In this document: piece after piece, positions 61,415 through 64,000 of the stretch
Position numbering within the stretch: position 1 is the first letter of the stretch
Layout of the letters: each line of letters starts with the position of its first letter
NCBI GenBank assembly: GCA_963741945.1
Contig: CAVUKA010000008.1
Span: forward strand, 32,001 to 96,000
Length of the DNA stretch: 64,000 nt
Direction of reading: 5' to 3'
DNA from: an uncultured Gemmatimonadales bacterium
GTDB lineage: Bacteria > Gemmatimonadota > Gemmatimonadetes > Longimicrobiales > RSA9
Program-made: the position numbers and the translations under genes
The notes under the pieces: model-generated
The model's input: the letters and a program-made list of their open reading frames with translations, nothing else
The model's database searches: none
What the model was told of the DNA's origin: nothing

Positions 61415-62544
<1,130 letters not shown>

Positions 62545-62548
<4 letters not shown>

Positions 62549-62715
62549 CGCAGGTCGATGGCTCCGCCGCCTCTGGCGGCTCCGCGGACCGACCGGTGGA
62601 ATCGCGCTGGTCGGGGTCGAATCGGCGCTCCGCGCCGCGGGCCGCGAGCGAGCGCAGCGAGCCGAACGGGGATCGACACTCGAAATTCATTGGGGCACCA
62701 CCCCAAGCACGCTGA
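62545..62715 (+). repeat. possible MIRU-like intercistronic element carrying a 56-aa coupled ORF
   Basis: ATG overlaps the sucC stop (ATGA) and the TGA lies 12 nt before sucD; contains GAGCGCAGCGAG and GGGGCACCACCC motifs. Confidence 0.4.
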
Positions 62716-62727
62716 GGATGGTTCGCG

Positions 62728-63606
62728 ATGGCGATTTTCATTGATAATGACACGCGCCTGGTCGTCCAGGGGATCACCGGCCGTGATGGGTCGTTCCATA
62801 CACAGCAGATGATGGAGTACGGGACCCGCGTGGTGGCCGGCGTGACGCCGGGGAAGGGCGGGCAGACCTTCGATGATGGGCCCGCCCCCGTTCCGATCTT
62901 CGACACCGTCGACGCGGCCGTGAAGGAGACCGGCGCCAACACCACCGTCATCTATGTTCCGCCCGCGTTCGCGGCCGACGCCATCATGGAGGCGGCCGAT
63001 GCAGGGGTCGACTTCATCGTGGCCATCACCGAGGGAATCCCGGTCCTGGACATGACGCGCGTCTACCCGTATGTGCAGGAACGCGGCGCACGCCTGCTCG
63101 GGCCCAACTGCCCTGGCGCGCTGTCGCCGGGGAAAGCCAAGGTGGGGATCATGCCCGGCTCCATCGTGCGAGAGGGGCGTGTGGGAGTGGTGTCCCGCTC
63201 CGGCACGCTCACCTATGAAGTGGTCTACCAGCTCACCCAGGCCGGAATCGGGCAGAGCACGTGCATCGGGATCGGGGGCGACCCGATCATCGGGACCAAC
63301 TTCATTGACACTCTCACGGCCTTCGAAGCCGATCCCCAGACGGATGCCGTGGTCATGATCGGCGAGATCGGAGGCACCGATGAGCAGAACGCCGCCGCGT
63401 TCGTGAAGCAGCACATGTCCAAGCCGGTGGTGGGCTTCATCGCCGGTCAGACGGCGCCCCCCGGCCGCCGGATGGGGCATGCCGGCGCCATCATCAGTGG
63501 CTCCGCCGGCACCGCTGCCGAGAAGATGCAGGCGTTCGAGGACAACGGCATCGCCGTGATGAAGCGCCCCTCGGACGTCGTGGAGCTGATCCGCGCGGCT
63601 CTCTAG
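62728..63606 (+). CDS. sucD: succinyl-CoA synthetase alpha subunit
   Basis: [36 protein letters not shown]. Confidence 0.97.
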   Translation: MAIFIDNDTRLVVQGITGRDGSFHTQQMMEYGTRVVAGVTPGKGGQTFDDGPAPVPIFDTVDAAVKETGANTTVIYVPPAFAADAIMEAADAGVDFIVAITEGIPVLDMTRVYPYVQERGARLLGPNCPGALSPGKAKVGIMPGSIVREGRVGVVSRSGTLTYEVVYQLTQAGIGQSTCIGIGGDPIIGTNFIDTLTAFEADPQTDAVVMIGEIGGTDEQNAAAFVKQHMSKPVVGFIAGQTAPPGRRMGHAGAIISGSAGTAAEKMQAFEDNGIAVMKRPSDVVELIRAAL

Positions 63607-63624
63607 CCGCAGCGCTGCCTGGCC

Positions 63625-64000
63625 ATGGACCTCCTGGACCTGCTCCGCCCCGAGCACATCATCGTGCCGCTCAGGGCGGACGACCTGCGCGCGGCGGTGG
63701 AGCAGCTCGAGGCGCGGTTCGAGCAGACCGGCACCGTCGCTCCGTCGGAAGCGCTCCACCGACGGATCCGGACCGAACCGATACGCGAGGTGGTGGCCAT
63801 CAGCGAGGACGTGGTGCTGCCGCATTACCGCTCCGACGCGGTCAGTGGCCTCACTCTCGCCCTCGGCCTCGCTCCCGACGGGGTTCCCGCACGGGAGCCG
63901 GGGTTCGAGATCCGCCCCCGCGTCGTGGCCCTCATCCTCGCCCCCCTAGAGGCGGCGAGCTTCTATCTCCAGGCAACCTCCACCCTCGCACGCGTGCTCC
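63625..64000 (+). CDS. PTS EIIA-domain protein (Fru/Ntr-like), 3' truncated by window edge
   Basis: Translated by hand: MDLLDLLRPEHIIVPL...VVLPHYRSDAV...LALGL...RVVALILAP; the PH motif is at the expected phospho-His position. Confidence 0.7.
   Translation, partial: MDLLDLLRPEHIIVPLRADDLRAAVEQLEARFEQTGTVAPSEALHRRIRTEPIREVVAISEDVVLPHYRSDAVSGLTLALGLAPDGVPAREPGFEIRPRVVALILAPLEAASFYLQATSTLARVL

Noticed and set aside
62713-62715. Selenocysteine or readthrough TGA fusing the mini-ORF to SucD
   Set aside because: SucD has a normal N-terminus with its own GAGGA RBS, and there is no catalytic context or SECIS evidence.

Overview
High-GC (about 70%), densely coding bacterial core-genome window. Gene order and protein style suggest Gemmatimonadota (Longimicrobiales-like); this is an inference. 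Contents in order: nadK (partial)-recN; tRNA-Gly and tRNA-Cys; greA; an outer-membrane beta-barrel gene behind a candidate sigma54 promoter; fba-rpiA-rpe; a complete 10-gene haem operon (hemH-hemX/ccsA-hemA-C-D-B-L-E-N-Y); a convergent Cyc2-type cytochrome-porin fusion; tRNA-Leu(TAA); rnz-aroA-cmk-rpsA; an acyl-CoA carboxylase pair; moaD-E-A; mdh-sdhCAB; dcd; a full nuoA-N operon; PMM/PGM; UPF0182; carbamate kinase; sucCD; and a partial PTS IIA gene. No CRISPR array, prophage or transposase was seen. The most notable observations are (1) a Cyc2-like putative iron oxidase/extracellular electron-transfer porin-cytochrome next to the haem operon, (2) a ferrochelatase closely resembling the animal mitochondrial [2Fe-2S] enzyme, including its Cys ligand spacing, (3) a Rex-like operator just downstream of the nuo promoter, (4) a structured, terminator-containing rpsA leader, and (5) a MIRU-like translationally coupled element between sucC and sucD. 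All assignments are by eye from motifs; no searches were run.
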